Below the pieces are notes generated by a model. It saw nothing but the letters and a program-made list of their open reading frames with translations. It did no database searches and had not been told where the DNA came from. Positions 16,186-24,281 of a stretch of DNA of 64,000 nucleotides are shown here, in pieces. Numbering within the stretch: the stretch's first letter is position 1; every line of letters begins with the position of its first letter. The translations under genes were made by a program, and so were the position numbers. The stretch comes from a virus, in the IMG/VR virus record IMGVR_UViG_3300035703_000012, positions 1-64,000 of that record; one strand, given 5' to 3'.

Positions 16186-16839
16186 TCAAAACCGGTACTG
16201 CAGCGACAGACCCGGCTGCACGGAGACGGGCAACCCTGGCACCGGCGTGTAGCCGAGGGCGGTCTGGGGGCCCAGGTACACACCCACGCCGGCCACCAGC
16301 CTGGGTGCCACCGTCCCGTGGATAGCAAGGCCCAGCACGGGCGCTGGCTGGGGCACGGCGAGCACACCAGCCTGCGCTTCCAGGCTCAGCGGGGGCAACG
16401 CCAGCAGGGTCACGCCGGCCGTCAGGCCCACGCCCGTCGGAGTGGCAAGCAAGCCTGCCGTGAGCCCGGTGGGGGCCGGCTCCCGGTGGTTGACGGTGTG
16501 CGCCTGCGTGGCCTCGGCCAGCGCCACGCTGCGGGTGGCGGCCTGGGTCTGCTGGGTGGTCTCCTCGCGCTGGCGGGTGGTCTCGGAGAGCAGCCGGCCC
16601 GTGGCGGGGTCATAGCGCCGGGTGGTAACGACCTCGCGCGTGCGCCGCTGGCGCTGGGCGTTGTGCTGCGCGTGGACAGCCTTTTGGACCTGGCGGCTGG
16701 TTTTGACCTCCTGCAGCGCGATTTGGGTCAACCCAGATTTGGGACGGGCAGGCCGGGTTTTCTGGAAAAGCGCGAACGCAGCCAGCAGCGCCAGCAGGAG
16801 GCCGAACACCCAGAGCAGTTCGCGCTTAGCCGCGGTCAT
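16186..16839 (-). CDS. membrane protein with N-terminal TM helix and C-terminal ...LQYRF; spanin-position gene
   Basis: TM helix LLWVFGLLLALLAAFALF, then a Q/R/T-rich middle, then a G/P/L/V-rich C-terminal half ending in YRF. It overlaps the holin 3' end by 14 nt. Confidence 0.6.
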   Translation of the reverse strand: MTAAKRELLWVFGLLLALLAAFALFQKTRPARPKSGLTQIALQEVKTSRQVQKAVHAQHNAQRQRRTREVVTTRRYDPATGRLLSETTRQREETTQQTQAATRSVALAEATQAHTVNHREPAPTGLTAGLLATPTGVGLTAGVTLLALPPLSLEAQAGVLAVPQPAPVLGLAIHGTVAPRLVAGVGVYLGPQTALGYTPVPGLPVSVQPGLSLQYRF

Positions 16840-17398
16840 CGGGTGGGTCCGCCGGAGGTGCGGGCTGGGCGTCGGGTGCCGGCTCGAAGTCGAGGCGCTG
16901 CACCAGGCTCTCAGCCAGGGTGGGCAGCTTGGCGTTCTGCAGCTCGCGCGTGAGGCGCTCGAGGTCCATGCCCAGCCGGTCGACCAGCGCGTCGATGAAG
17001 ACCGTCTCCTGGCCCCGCAGCGTGCGGATCACGCGCAGGTTCTCCAAGATGGAGAGCGCCTCTTTCAAGACGTAACCCGTCAGCACCGCCGTCTCGAAGA
17101 ACGCCGACATCGGCCCGAACGGCAGCACCAGCGTGAGCGTGTGCAGCACGGCGTAGACCACCAAGTAGTACACGGCCCGGTCGAGCGCGTGCCCGAAGCG
17201 CGTCGAGGCCAGCTTCTTGAGCAGCTTGGCCTTGTAGATGCCCGTGCCGAAGTCGATGAACAAGAAAGCCATCAGGCCCAGCAGCAGGTTCACGTCGAAG
17301 AACGAGAACAGCGGCGCCAGCACGACGGAAAGCAGCTTGAGCGTGGCAGGGATGTCCATCTGGCTGGCGTGCGCCCAGCGATCGAAAAACTGCGTCAT
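16826..17398 (-). CDS. holin (holin family 4-like)
   Basis: 190 aa with 3-4 TM helices (LLSVVLAPLFSFFDVNLLLGLMAFLFIDF, AVYYLVVYAVLHTLTLVL, FETAVLTGYVLKEALSILEN). The ATGA overlaps the upstream gene. Confidence 0.8.
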   Translation of the reverse strand: MTQFFDRWAHASQMDIPATLKLLSVVLAPLFSFFDVNLLLGLMAFLFIDFGTGIYKAKLLKKLASTRFGHALDRAVYYLVVYAVLHTLTLVLPFGPMSAFFETAVLTGYVLKEALSILENLRVIRTLRGQETVFIDALVDRLGMDLERLTRELQNAKLPTLAESLVQRLDFEPAPDAQPAPPADPPDDRG

Positions 17399-17997
17399 GC
17401 GTCCACCTCCAAAGGAAACTGCAGGCCGAAAGGCTGGGGCATGGCGGTCATGCTGTAGCGGGCGTTGAACTGGGTCTCCATGAAGGCCTTGAGGTCGCGG
17501 GCGCTGGCGTGGTGGTGCACCCCGCTGGTGTCGACGCTCGTGAGCCGCCCGTCGCCGCGACGAATGACGCAGACGGCGTGCGTGGCCGAAGCAGGCCGAC
17601 CCTGGAGCATCACCACCTGGGCCTGACCCAGGTTGGCGTACTCGGCGAGGTAAGCCGCCAGCAGGGCCACGTCGTCGCAGTCCGCGGCCACGTGCGCCGG
17701 CCAGAAGTACTGGTAGCCCGACTCGCTGTAAGCCCGGTTGTTCTCCGCGTGCAGCAGCAAGCGCAGCGGGTGGATGGTGTGGTCGAGCCAGCCGCGCGTG
17801 CTGCCCTCGAGCCACGGCAGCGCCGGATCACCCGTGTAAGGGATGTAGCGCCGGATGTAGTCCCACAGGCCTTCGACGGTCTTGAACTGCGGCACAAGCG
17901 CCATGGCCAGCCGCTCGTCCTGGCGGTCGAACAGCCGGGAGACGAAGTTCCGCCAGGCTCCCCAAACCCGAAGCCTGCGTGGCATGTGGTTTTGCAT
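17395..17997 (-). CDS. BTLCP/LapG-like transglutaminase-fold cysteine peptidase; candidate endolysin
   Basis: ADCDDVALLAAYL (Cys), THAVCVIR (His) and TSVDTS (Asp) occur in the order typical of bacterial transglutaminase-like Cys proteinases. The ATG at 17997 follows AAGGGGAGAGG. Confidence 0.55.
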   Translation of the reverse strand: MQNHMPRRLRVWGAWRNFVSRLFDRQDERLAMALVPQFKTVEGLWDYIRRYIPYTGDPALPWLEGSTRGWLDHTIHPLRLLLHAENNRAYSESGYQYFWPAHVAADCDDVALLAAYLAEYANLGQAQVVMLQGRPASATHAVCVIRRGDGRLTSVDTSGVHHHASARDLKAFMETQFNARYSMTAMPQPFGLQFPLEVDA

Positions 17998-18072
17998 GGA
18001 CGCCTCTCCCCTTGCCCCAGGCTTCAAGCCTAGTTGAGGGGCGGGCGTTGTTTCTGCGCAACGCGGCTAGAG

Positions 18073-18564
18073 CTAGAGCAGCACCCAGCCTGCGCCCGTG
18101 GCCATCACCGTGACGCGCTCGTAGGCCACGTCCAGCACCACCGCCGCCTCGCCGTCCACCGTCTCGGCCCCGCCTGCTTCCAGTGTAACCGGATGCGTGT
18201 CGGCTGTGCCAAGGGCGTCTTTCAGCACGAACGTCGTGCCTGCGGGGGCTGCCACGGGCAGCGTCAGCGTCAAAGGCTCTTCAGCAGCCAGCAGCAGCAC
18301 ATGGTGAACGTCCGCGTCCAGCACCAGGTCCGACGTGACCGCCGTGACGCGCGGCAGCAGCTGACCCGTAGCGAGCGCTAGGCCGTCGACCGTCAGGTGG
18401 CCCTGCAGGTGCTGCGGGGCCTCCGGCGCGGGGTTGGCGACCAGCAGCTGGGCAGCTTCGTCCGGCTGGGGCCAGACCGCCAGCAGCAGCCCGTGCAGCG
18501 CCTGCAGCGGGTTCACGCGCTGGTAGAGGTGGTTGAAGCACAGCTTGAGCTCGGGCAGGTTCAT
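18073..18564 (-). CDS. small fibre-associated beta-domain protein
   Basis: The C-terminus LTLPVAAPAGTTFVLKD..G.A..HPVTLEAGG.ETVDGE....LDVAYERVTVMATGAGWVLL is paralogous to 21245..21598. Confidence 0.55.
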   Translation of the reverse strand: MNLPELKLCFNHLYQRVNPLQALHGLLLAVWPQPDEAAQLLVANPAPEAPQHLQGHLTVDGLALATGQLLPRVTAVTSDLVLDADVHHVLLLAAEEPLTLTLPVAAPAGTTFVLKDALGTADTHPVTLEAGGAETVDGEAAVVLDVAYERVTVMATGAGWVLL

Positions 18565-18597
18565 GTTGCTACCTTAGCGCAGGCCTGGGCTCAGTTT

Positions 18598-18876
18598 TTA
18601 GGCAGCCTGCTCAGCTTCTGGCCTGGCGGGCTCTTCCACGACGGGTGCCACAAACACGTCGGCCGCCGGGTCGTAGCTGTAGCCTGCGCCCGGGTAGCAG
18701 CCGCGGAAGGTGCCGTTGTAGCTGCACTGAACCCAGCGCCCGCCCAGCAGGTCGTGGCAGAGCTGCGCGCCCTTTGCCTCGCTCTCCTGGCCCTGCTCGT
18801 CGAGCATGTCGGCGTTGTTCACGACCGTCACGCGCAGGACGGTGTTGGTGTCATCGAGTTCTGCAAAGTGTGCCAT
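18598..18876 (-). CDS. conserved phage hypothetical protein (MAHFAELD... type)
   Basis: MAHFAELDDTNTVLRVTVVNN...WVQCSYNGTFRG.YPG.GYSYDP..DVFV is a pattern I recall from many phage genomes. Its function is unknown. Confidence 0.6.
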   Translation of the reverse strand: MAHFAELDDTNTVLRVTVVNNADMLDEQGQESEAKGAQLCHDLLGGRWVQCSYNGTFRGCYPGAGYSYDPAADVFVAPVVEEPARPEAEQAA

Positions 18877-18882
18877 GCGATG

Positions 18883-19491
18883 TTACCCCGTGTAGGTGAA
18901 GGTGCCGTTGCCCGTGAAGGTGTGGACGGTGAAGCCGTTGCCGCTGGTGATGGTGCCGCCCGTGGCCTTGGTGCCGCCGGGGTAGCGGACGATGACGATG
19001 CCGGAGCCGCCGTTGCCGCTGTTGTAGTTTGCAGCAACGGCCCCAGTCGAAGCTCCACCCCCACCCCCACCCGTATTGGCGGTGCCGTTTCCGCCTGCTG
19101 CGACGTTTCCGCCGTTTCCGCCACCGCCAACGCCACCACGGCCGGCAAAAACGCTGGCAACACCAGAGCCGCCACCGCCGCCATAACTAGCTTGAGAGCC
19201 AGAAATGGACGAGGGTAACCCGGTCCCTCCGTTTCCACGTTCGGCCGGCGACAAGATTCCACCACCGCCACTCGGATACTCGTTTGCAGTACCGATGGTC
19301 CAGCCGTAACCGCCGTTAGAACCTTGTCCAGCAGTCCCCGACAGCGCGGTGCGGCTACTCGTTCCGCCACCGCACCCGCCGCTCACGAGCGCGCCTCCGC
19401 CGCCAGTGGCAGTGAATGAGCCAAAAGAAGTATTGCTGCCGTTTGCGCCAGGGGAGTTAGTATTACCAGCTCCACCTGCACCGATTGTCAC
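18883..19491 (-). CDS. glycine-rich domain fibre protein
   Basis: 202 aa, more than 35% Gly. It ends GNGGSGIVIVRYPGG...FTYTG. GTG start. Confidence 0.6.
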   Translation of the reverse strand: MTIGAGGAGNTNSPGANGSNTSFGSFTATGGGGALVSGGCGGGTSSRTALSGTAGQGSNGGYGWTIGTANEYPSGGGGILSPAERGNGGTGLPSSISGSQASYGGGGGSGVASVFAGRGGVGGGGNGGNVAAGGNGTANTGGGGGGASTGAVAANYNSGNGGSGIVIVRYPGGTKATGGTITSGNGFTVHTFTGNGTFTYTG

Positions 19492-19586
19492 AGCAGGTTC
19501 CTCCGGCGCCCGAGCGCCTGGAGGAATTATCAGGCGATCGGGCGGGAGGTCCCCAACGGGCCGGTTCGGCTCAGCGCGAAGGCGTC

Positions 19587-19985
19587 TTAGACAGCATCCA
19601 GCGCCAGGTCAACCGCCTTGATGACAGCAGCCCGTGCGCCCTGCATCGCGGCCTCGTCGCGGTGCTGGGTGCCGAAGGCGATGGCCTGCTCCTGGCTCAT
19701 CGGCGCGCGGCCGATGCCACCCGGCGCGTGCGGCTGCGCCCGCAGCACAAGGCCCGTGGCCGTGTCGCGCAGCAGGTACATGTGGCCGCCTTCAGGGAGG
19801 TCGCCGTTCGCCTTCCAGTGGGCGGCCGGGATGCCCTGAATGTCGGACACGCCATCCCACACCTCGACGCTGACCTTGGCCTGTTCGGCGGCGAAGATGG
19901 CGGCCTGATCGATGCCGGGCAGCAAGGCGCGCACGGCGGCAACGTCCTCACCGAGTTCCTTGGCGATTTCACGAGCGGTGAACAT
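19587..19985 (-). CDS. hypothetical protein
   Basis: 132-aa ORF. Confidence 0.55.
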   Translation of the reverse strand: MFTAREIAKELGEDVAAVRALLPGIDQAAIFAAEQAKVSVEVWDGVSDIQGIPAAHWKANGDLPEGGHMYLLRDTATGLVLRAQPHAPGGIGRAPMSQEQAIAFGTQHRDEAAMQGARAAVIKAVDLALDAV

Positions 19986-19997
19986 TGGTTTCCCTCC

Positions 19998-21095
19998 TCA
20001 GAAGATGAGCACGTCGGTTGTGACGGATGAGACAATCTTGTCTCCGTTTTTACAGAACACGATGCGGCCTTGCGCCTGTGTCGTGGTGTTGGTAAGGGTT
20101 GCGTCAGAGTTGTATGAGATGGCGATGCTATCGCGCGTCACCGTGTAGTCGTTCGAGAGAGTTGTGTCGGGGTCATATTTTTGAGTTGTAAGCAGGCCCC
20201 CAGATCCGTTATCCATTCCGCCGTAAACATAAATATTAACACCTACAGCAGCCATGGCGTGCCTGTTTCTATTGTTTGACGCAGGAAGTTGCAGCCATAG
20301 ATTGCTTAGCGGATAGTATGCCATCGTGGTGGTGTATGGTGAAGTTAAGCCGCCGACGCAATATATGACGCCCGCTGCCGTGGCTGCCTTGTGTGCATAT
20401 TGCGCCACTGGAGCAGCGGCAAGCGTTGACCATACATTCATCGAAGGCGAGAACTTGTAGGTTGTTGTTGTTGCGGCTGGTGTGGTGCTGCGACCGCCAA
20501 AACAAAATACTCCGCCATCGCCGTGCGATGCGGCAGGCTCGTGGCGTGCCTCTGGAACGGCTGTTTTCGAGGTCCAGGTATTAGCGCCGGGGTCGTATTC
20601 TTCAACCGTTGCAACAGTGGCGGTTGTGTAACCGGCGATGGAGTATACTTTGCCGGCAAATGCAGCGACGCCGAGATCATAACGAGCTGTGCCTAAATTG
20701 GCCTTCGCCGTCCAGGTATTGGCGGTGGGGTTGTATTGCTCAGTAACCGCGCTCGCTGCGGCGACATAGCCGCCGACAGAGTAGACGTATGTCCCGTCAA
20801 AAGCACCGCCGAGTGAATATCTCGCAGTGTTCATGCTGGCTCTAGATGACCAGGAGTTGGCTACTGGATCATAGCGTCTCGTAACAGCGGTGTTTGAACC
20901 GCTCGCAAAACCGTTAACCCCACCAAACACATAGGCATAGGTTCCGTCTCCCGCACCGGCCGTAAGTCGGTGATAGTCAGGAAACGCCGCCATCGTGCTC
21001 CAGGCGCCGGCCGCATAGCCAGCCGTCAGAGTCGTTATGGTCGGGTTCAGCTTGGCGGCCGTGATCGTCTCGCCCGTGGTCCAGGTGTAAGGCAT
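19998..21095 (-). CDS. Kelch-repeat beta-propeller tail fibre/receptor-binding protein
   Basis: N-terminal fibre motif MPYTWTTGETITAAKLN, then at least 5 repeats of the type Y.PxxNxW....l..aR......a....vY..GG. GC is markedly lower than in the neighbours. Confidence 0.75.
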   Translation of the reverse strand: MPYTWTTGETITAAKLNPTITTLTAGYAAGAWSTMAAFPDYHRLTAGAGDGTYAYVFGGVNGFASGSNTAVTRRYDPVANSWSSRASMNTARYSLGGAFDGTYVYSVGGYVAAASAVTEQYNPTANTWTAKANLGTARYDLGVAAFAGKVYSIAGYTTATVATVEEYDPGANTWTSKTAVPEARHEPAASHGDGGVFCFGGRSTTPAATTTTYKFSPSMNVWSTLAAAPVAQYAHKAATAAGVIYCVGGLTSPYTTTMAYYPLSNLWLQLPASNNRNRHAMAAVGVNIYVYGGMDNGSGGLLTTQKYDPDTTLSNDYTVTRDSIAISYNSDATLTNTTTQAQGRIVFCKNGDKIVSSVTTDVLIF

Positions 21096-21241
21096 CAGGA
21101 AGCTCCCAGGTTGATCGTCCAGGTGAACGTGACGGCAATCGAGGCCGTCTTAACGATGGTGGGCGACAGCTTGACCCGGCACAGCATCGTTCCGCCGCTC
21201 GCCGCGTTGAAGATGCCGGCCTCGGTTTCAGTGCTGCTCAT
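21095..21241 (-). CDS. 48-aa ORF coupled to the Kelch fibre gene
   Basis: Encodes MSSTETEAGIFNAASGGTMLCRVKLSPTIVKTASIAVTFTWTINLGAS. Its TGA overlaps the ATG of the Kelch gene (TGATG). It is below the track cutoff. Confidence 0.4.
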   Translation of the reverse strand: MSSTETEAGIFNAASGGTMLCRVKLSPTIVKTASIAVTFTWTINLGAS

Positions 21242-21244
21242 GGC

Positions 21245-21598
21245 TCAGCCCACCACGGCTGCGGACAACCGAGCCGGCTGCGACCAGTTGTTCCACTGCG
21301 TGCCGTTGTAGACCAGGGACACGGCGCCGTAGTTGTTGTTGAGAACGTAGCTCGCAGCCCCGTCGATGTTCTTGCCGTTCCCCGCCACGGTGACGTTGTT
21401 GGTCGCCGCGTCACCCTTGCCGTCTTTCACCGTGACGACCTCGCCAACGGTGGGAGACGCCGGCAGGGTCACGGTGGTCGCGGAGCCCGTCTCCTTGTTC
21501 ACGATCACCACGTCGTCCAGCGGGTCCACCGTGTAGGAGGCCCCGGAGGTCACGACGGCGACCTTGTTCTTGATGACCGCGTTGCTGATGTTGCGCAT
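21245..21598 (-). CDS. small fibre-associated beta-domain protein
   Basis: VTLPASPTVGEVVTVKDGKGDAATNNVTVAGNGKNIDG....VLNNNYGAVSLVYNGTQW is paralogous to 18073..18564. Confidence 0.6.
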   Translation of the reverse strand: MRNISNAVIKNKVAVVTSGASYTVDPLDDVVIVNKETGSATTVTLPASPTVGEVVTVKDGKGDAATNNVTVAGNGKNIDGAASYVLNNNYGAVSLVYNGTQWNNWSQPARLSAAVVG

Positions 21599-21617
21599 GG
21601 CCTACCACCTTGTGGGG

Positions 21618-22475
21618 TCAGGAGACGGCTGCGACCGTCCGGGGTGCTTCAAGGGCGAGGGACTTGGCCGCGCCGCCGTCCGCGTAGGGACCGGACAGGC
21701 TTACGGCCAGGTGCGTGAGGTTCTCGACGGCCCCGGCCGAGCCCTCGAACCAGGTGTTGAACGACAGGCTGATGCGCGTGCTGTCCGTCGTCACGGGCGG
21801 CACCATGTGCTCCAGTTCCGACGGGAACAGCACGAGGTCTCCCGCCGCGACGGGAATCCACCAGGAGTCGCTGTTCCAGGGGTTGAACTCGGCCTGCGTG
21901 AACGGCACGCGCTTGTAGCCGCCACGAAAAAACATGATGCGGTCGGTGTCACCGCTAGCCGCCACGTAGTACACCCCGCTGATGAGGCTGCCCGGGTGGG
22001 CGTGCTTGTGATGCCACTGGCCCTGCGTCGTGAAGTTCAGCCACGCCTGGGTCGGCAGGAACTTCACGTCGCCCACCGGGGCGATCGTGGTCTTGACGTA
22101 CTCCGCCAGCGCGGCGTCGATCTCCTCGTACAGCACCACCAGCCCGGGCGCCGCCCCCATCGCCGACAGCGCCGCATGGGCCCACGCCGCCACGTCGTCG
22201 CAGTCCACCGGCAGGCGCGCCGCCGTGCCGGCCTCCAGCGCCGCCTGCAAAACCTCGGGGTGCCAGTAGAAGTCCACCACCCCGTACACCGGATCCCCCG
22301 TGTAGGTGTAGCGGGCCGCCAGGTAGTCCCAGGCGGCATGCGGCGACGTGAACGCCGGCAACGGGCGACGCGGGACGCCCGCGAGCCAGGCGACCAGGCG
22401 CGAGGCCGCGCGCTTGCTGGCGTCCAGCAGCCGCACGGCGGCGGGAACGAACCGACCGAACACCGCCTCCCTCAC
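21618..22475 (-). CDS. fusion of a truncated BTLCP-like N-terminal segment and a 2OG-Fe(II) oxygenase
   Basis: The N-terminus YTYTGDP...VDCDDVAAWAHAAL matches 17395..17997 but lacks its His/Asp part. The C-terminus QAWLNFTTQGQWHHKHAHPG...FPSELEHMV...RISLSFNTWF is paralogous to 22677..23303. The GTG start overlaps the upstream TGA. Confidence 0.65.
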   Translation of the reverse strand: MREAVFGRFVPAAVRLLDASKRAASRLVAWLAGVPRRPLPAFTSPHAAWDYLAARYTYTGDPVYGVVDFYWHPEVLQAALEAGTAARLPVDCDDVAAWAHAALSAMGAAPGLVVLYEEIDAALAEYVKTTIAPVGDVKFLPTQAWLNFTTQGQWHHKHAHPGSLISGVYYVAASGDTDRIMFFRGGYKRVPFTQAEFNPWNSDSWWIPVAAGDLVLFPSELEHMVPPVTTDSTRISLSFNTWFEGSAGAVENLTHLAVSLSGPYADGGAAKSLALEAPRTVAAVS

Positions 22476-22684
22476 GGCAGGCGGTTCAGCGTGAAGGTGG
22501 TGTTCGCGGTGGCAGGGGCCGTGACGCTGGTGACGCTGGTCGCGAGCGACGTGCCGGCAGCGCTGGGGTTGTAGGTGTGCGTGTGCGCGTTGAAGTCCGT
22601 CGCCAGCTCGTTGTAAAGCTCGGCGTGGCGCTGCACGATGGCCTCCAGCCGCAAAAGCCGCATCTTCAGTTCGTGGTTATCCAT
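22472..22684 (-). CDS. hypothetical 70-aa protein
   Basis: Coiled-coil N-terminus and S/T/A-rich tail. It is coupled at both ends. Confidence 0.5.
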   Translation of the reverse strand: MDNHELKMRLLRLEAIVQRHAELYNELATDFNAHTHTYNPSAAGTSLATSVTSVTAPATANTTFTLNRLP

Positions 22685-23303
22685 AGGGCCCTCCCACCTG
22701 ACAGGCCAGGCCCGTCAGGCTGTCCACGCTGCCTGCCTCTCCGTTGAACCACGTGTTGATCGCCAGGCTGATGCGCGTGTGTCCATCCGCCATGTTCGGG
22801 GCCACGTGGTGCTCCAGGTAGCTCGGGAAAATCACGAGGTCCATCGGCCCGACCGGGATCCACCAGCTCGGGCTGTTCCACGGGTTGAAGTCCGCGGCCT
22901 CGAACATCAAGCGATCGTAGCCGGAGCGGTGGAAGTAGATGCGATCCGTCTCCTTGTTGGCCGACACGTACAGGCAGGCCGACAGCCACGAGCACGGGTG
23001 CGCGTGGCGGTGGTGCCACTGGCCCTTCTCGTTGAAGTTCAGCCACGACTGCGTGATGGCGATGCGGGGCTTGGTGACGGGCACGACCACGCCGTCCACG
23101 TAGGCCTGAAGGTGCTCCAGCACCAGCGCCTTGAGGTCCGCGAGCCGGGGGTCGTGCAGCACCAGCCGGTAGGCGCTGGTCTGGTTGCCCTCGTTGGGCT
23201 TCTTCTCGGCCCCCAGTTCCTCGATTGCCGCTCGCTCCTCTGGCGTCAACTCGCGCAGCGTGCGCCGCCCCACGGCGGTCGGAAACAGGTTGATGATTTC
23301 CAC
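22677..23303 (-). CDS. 2OG-Fe(II) oxygenase (small phage/cyanophage-type family)
   Basis: GTG at 23303 lies 5 nt after AGGAG. IINLFPT..., SWLNFNEKGQWHHRHAHP, FPSYLEHHV, RISLAINTWF. Confidence 0.7.
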   Translation of the reverse strand: MEIINLFPTAVGRRTLRELTPEERAAIEELGAEKKPNEGNQTSAYRLVLHDPRLADLKALVLEHLQAYVDGVVVPVTKPRIAITQSWLNFNEKGQWHHRHAHPCSWLSACLYVSANKETDRIYFHRSGYDRLMFEAADFNPWNSPSWWIPVGPMDLVIFPSYLEHHVAPNMADGHTRISLAINTWFNGEAGSVDSLTGLACQVGGPYG

Positions 23304-23320
23304 GATGGCTCCTGTCTGGC

Positions 23321-23899
23321 CTACCAGGCCCACGAGACGAACGAGTAGCGCGTCCCCGCCGTGATCTCCAAGACCTCGTGCGGGTAGAGGAAGCAGGACG
23401 GCCACACCAGCACCTGGCCCGCCTTGAGCGCGTAGGGCTTGCCGCAGAGCACCAGATCGCCACCCTCGTAGCCGTCGTTGAGGTTGCCGACGATGGACAG
23501 CGCCGGGATGCCCTTGGCCTGCCCGTCGAACAGGGTGTGGATGTGGTCGGTATGCGGGCGCATTACGGACCCGACGGGGTAGCGGTTCAGGCGCACGTTG
23601 CTGCACGCCGTCACCTGCGCATGCGCCATCAGCTCTCGGCTGTAGCGCATCACGGCATCGACCACCACATCCGTCAGGGCCTTGAATAGCTCCGGCTGGT
23701 CGTCAACAGGACGAACGTCCAGCTCTTTCTCTGCTTCGCTGTGCGAGTGTTGCGTCGCCGGGTTGTACCACTGGTGCTTGGTCCAGCCCTCCAGCGCTGC
23801 GACAGCGGTCGCCTCGGCGCTCAGGTCATAGTTGTACAGCCGGATGTAGCCGTCCAGGGTCTGCGCGGGCGCTGGCGGCGCCTCAAGCTGCTGGGTCAC
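23321..23899 (-). CDS. prolyl-4-hydroxylase-like 2OG-Fe(II) oxygenase
   Basis: RPHTDH (HxD), YPHEV (distal His) and TRYSFVSW (RxS). Confidence 0.75.
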   Translation of the reverse strand: MTQQLEAPPAPAQTLDGYIRLYNYDLSAEATAVAALEGWTKHQWYNPATQHSHSEAEKELDVRPVDDQPELFKALTDVVVDAVMRYSRELMAHAQVTACSNVRLNRYPVGSVMRPHTDHIHTLFDGQAKGIPALSIVGNLNDGYEGGDLVLCGKPYALKAGQVLVWPSCFLYPHEVLEITAGTRYSFVSWAW

Positions 23900-24278
23900 A
23901 CATTACCTCCAGGTCGTAGCGGGCCAGTTCTTGCCCGTCAGGGTCGCGAATAATCAGCACGTCGCCTTCGACGTGCGGCGTGTTGCCGGCGAGCTGGGAA
24001 ACGGGCGGACCAGGAACGTGTAGCACGTCCACCTTGGGGTCGCCCGCCTCGTCGAGCACCGGCTCGCCCTGCTCGTCGAGCACGGGCACCCGCACCTCAA
24101 TGGGTTCGCCCGGGACGTGCCGCAGGGCGAACAGCAGCGCGTTCACCTCATTGATGATGGGCCTGGTGGCGCGCAAGATGCGCGCCGCAGGGCTTTCTTC
24201 TCGGAGGATGCCGAGGATGTCGTGATCGGGATGGTTGGCGCGGACGCGAACGCTGGCGCCGTCATGAATGATCCACAT
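23883..24278 (-). CDS. hypothetical protein
   Basis: 131-aa ORF that overlaps the P4H-like gene by 17 nt. Confidence 0.55.
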   Translation of the reverse strand: MWIIHDGASVRVRANHPDHDILGILREESPAARILRATRPIINEVNALLFALRHVPGEPIEVRVPVLDEQGEPVLDEAGDPKVDVLHVPGPPVSQLAGNTPHVEGDVLIIRDPDGQELARYDLEVMCDPAA

Positions 24279-24281
24279 ATC

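Noticed and set aside
14514-16367. A 617-aa - strand ORF overlapping 13781..15616 and the small genes downstream of the spanin-position gene.
   Set aside because: It is an Arg/Gly/Pro-rich alternative frame. The competing frames give balanced proteins with coupled starts.
16422-16613. A 63-aa Pro/Arg-rich ORF embedded out of frame in the spanin-position gene, reminiscent of Rz1 embedded in Rz.
   Set aside because: It has no hydrophobic signal sequence and no lipobox. RAGC has Arg at position -3. Its composition is that of a GC-rich shadow frame.
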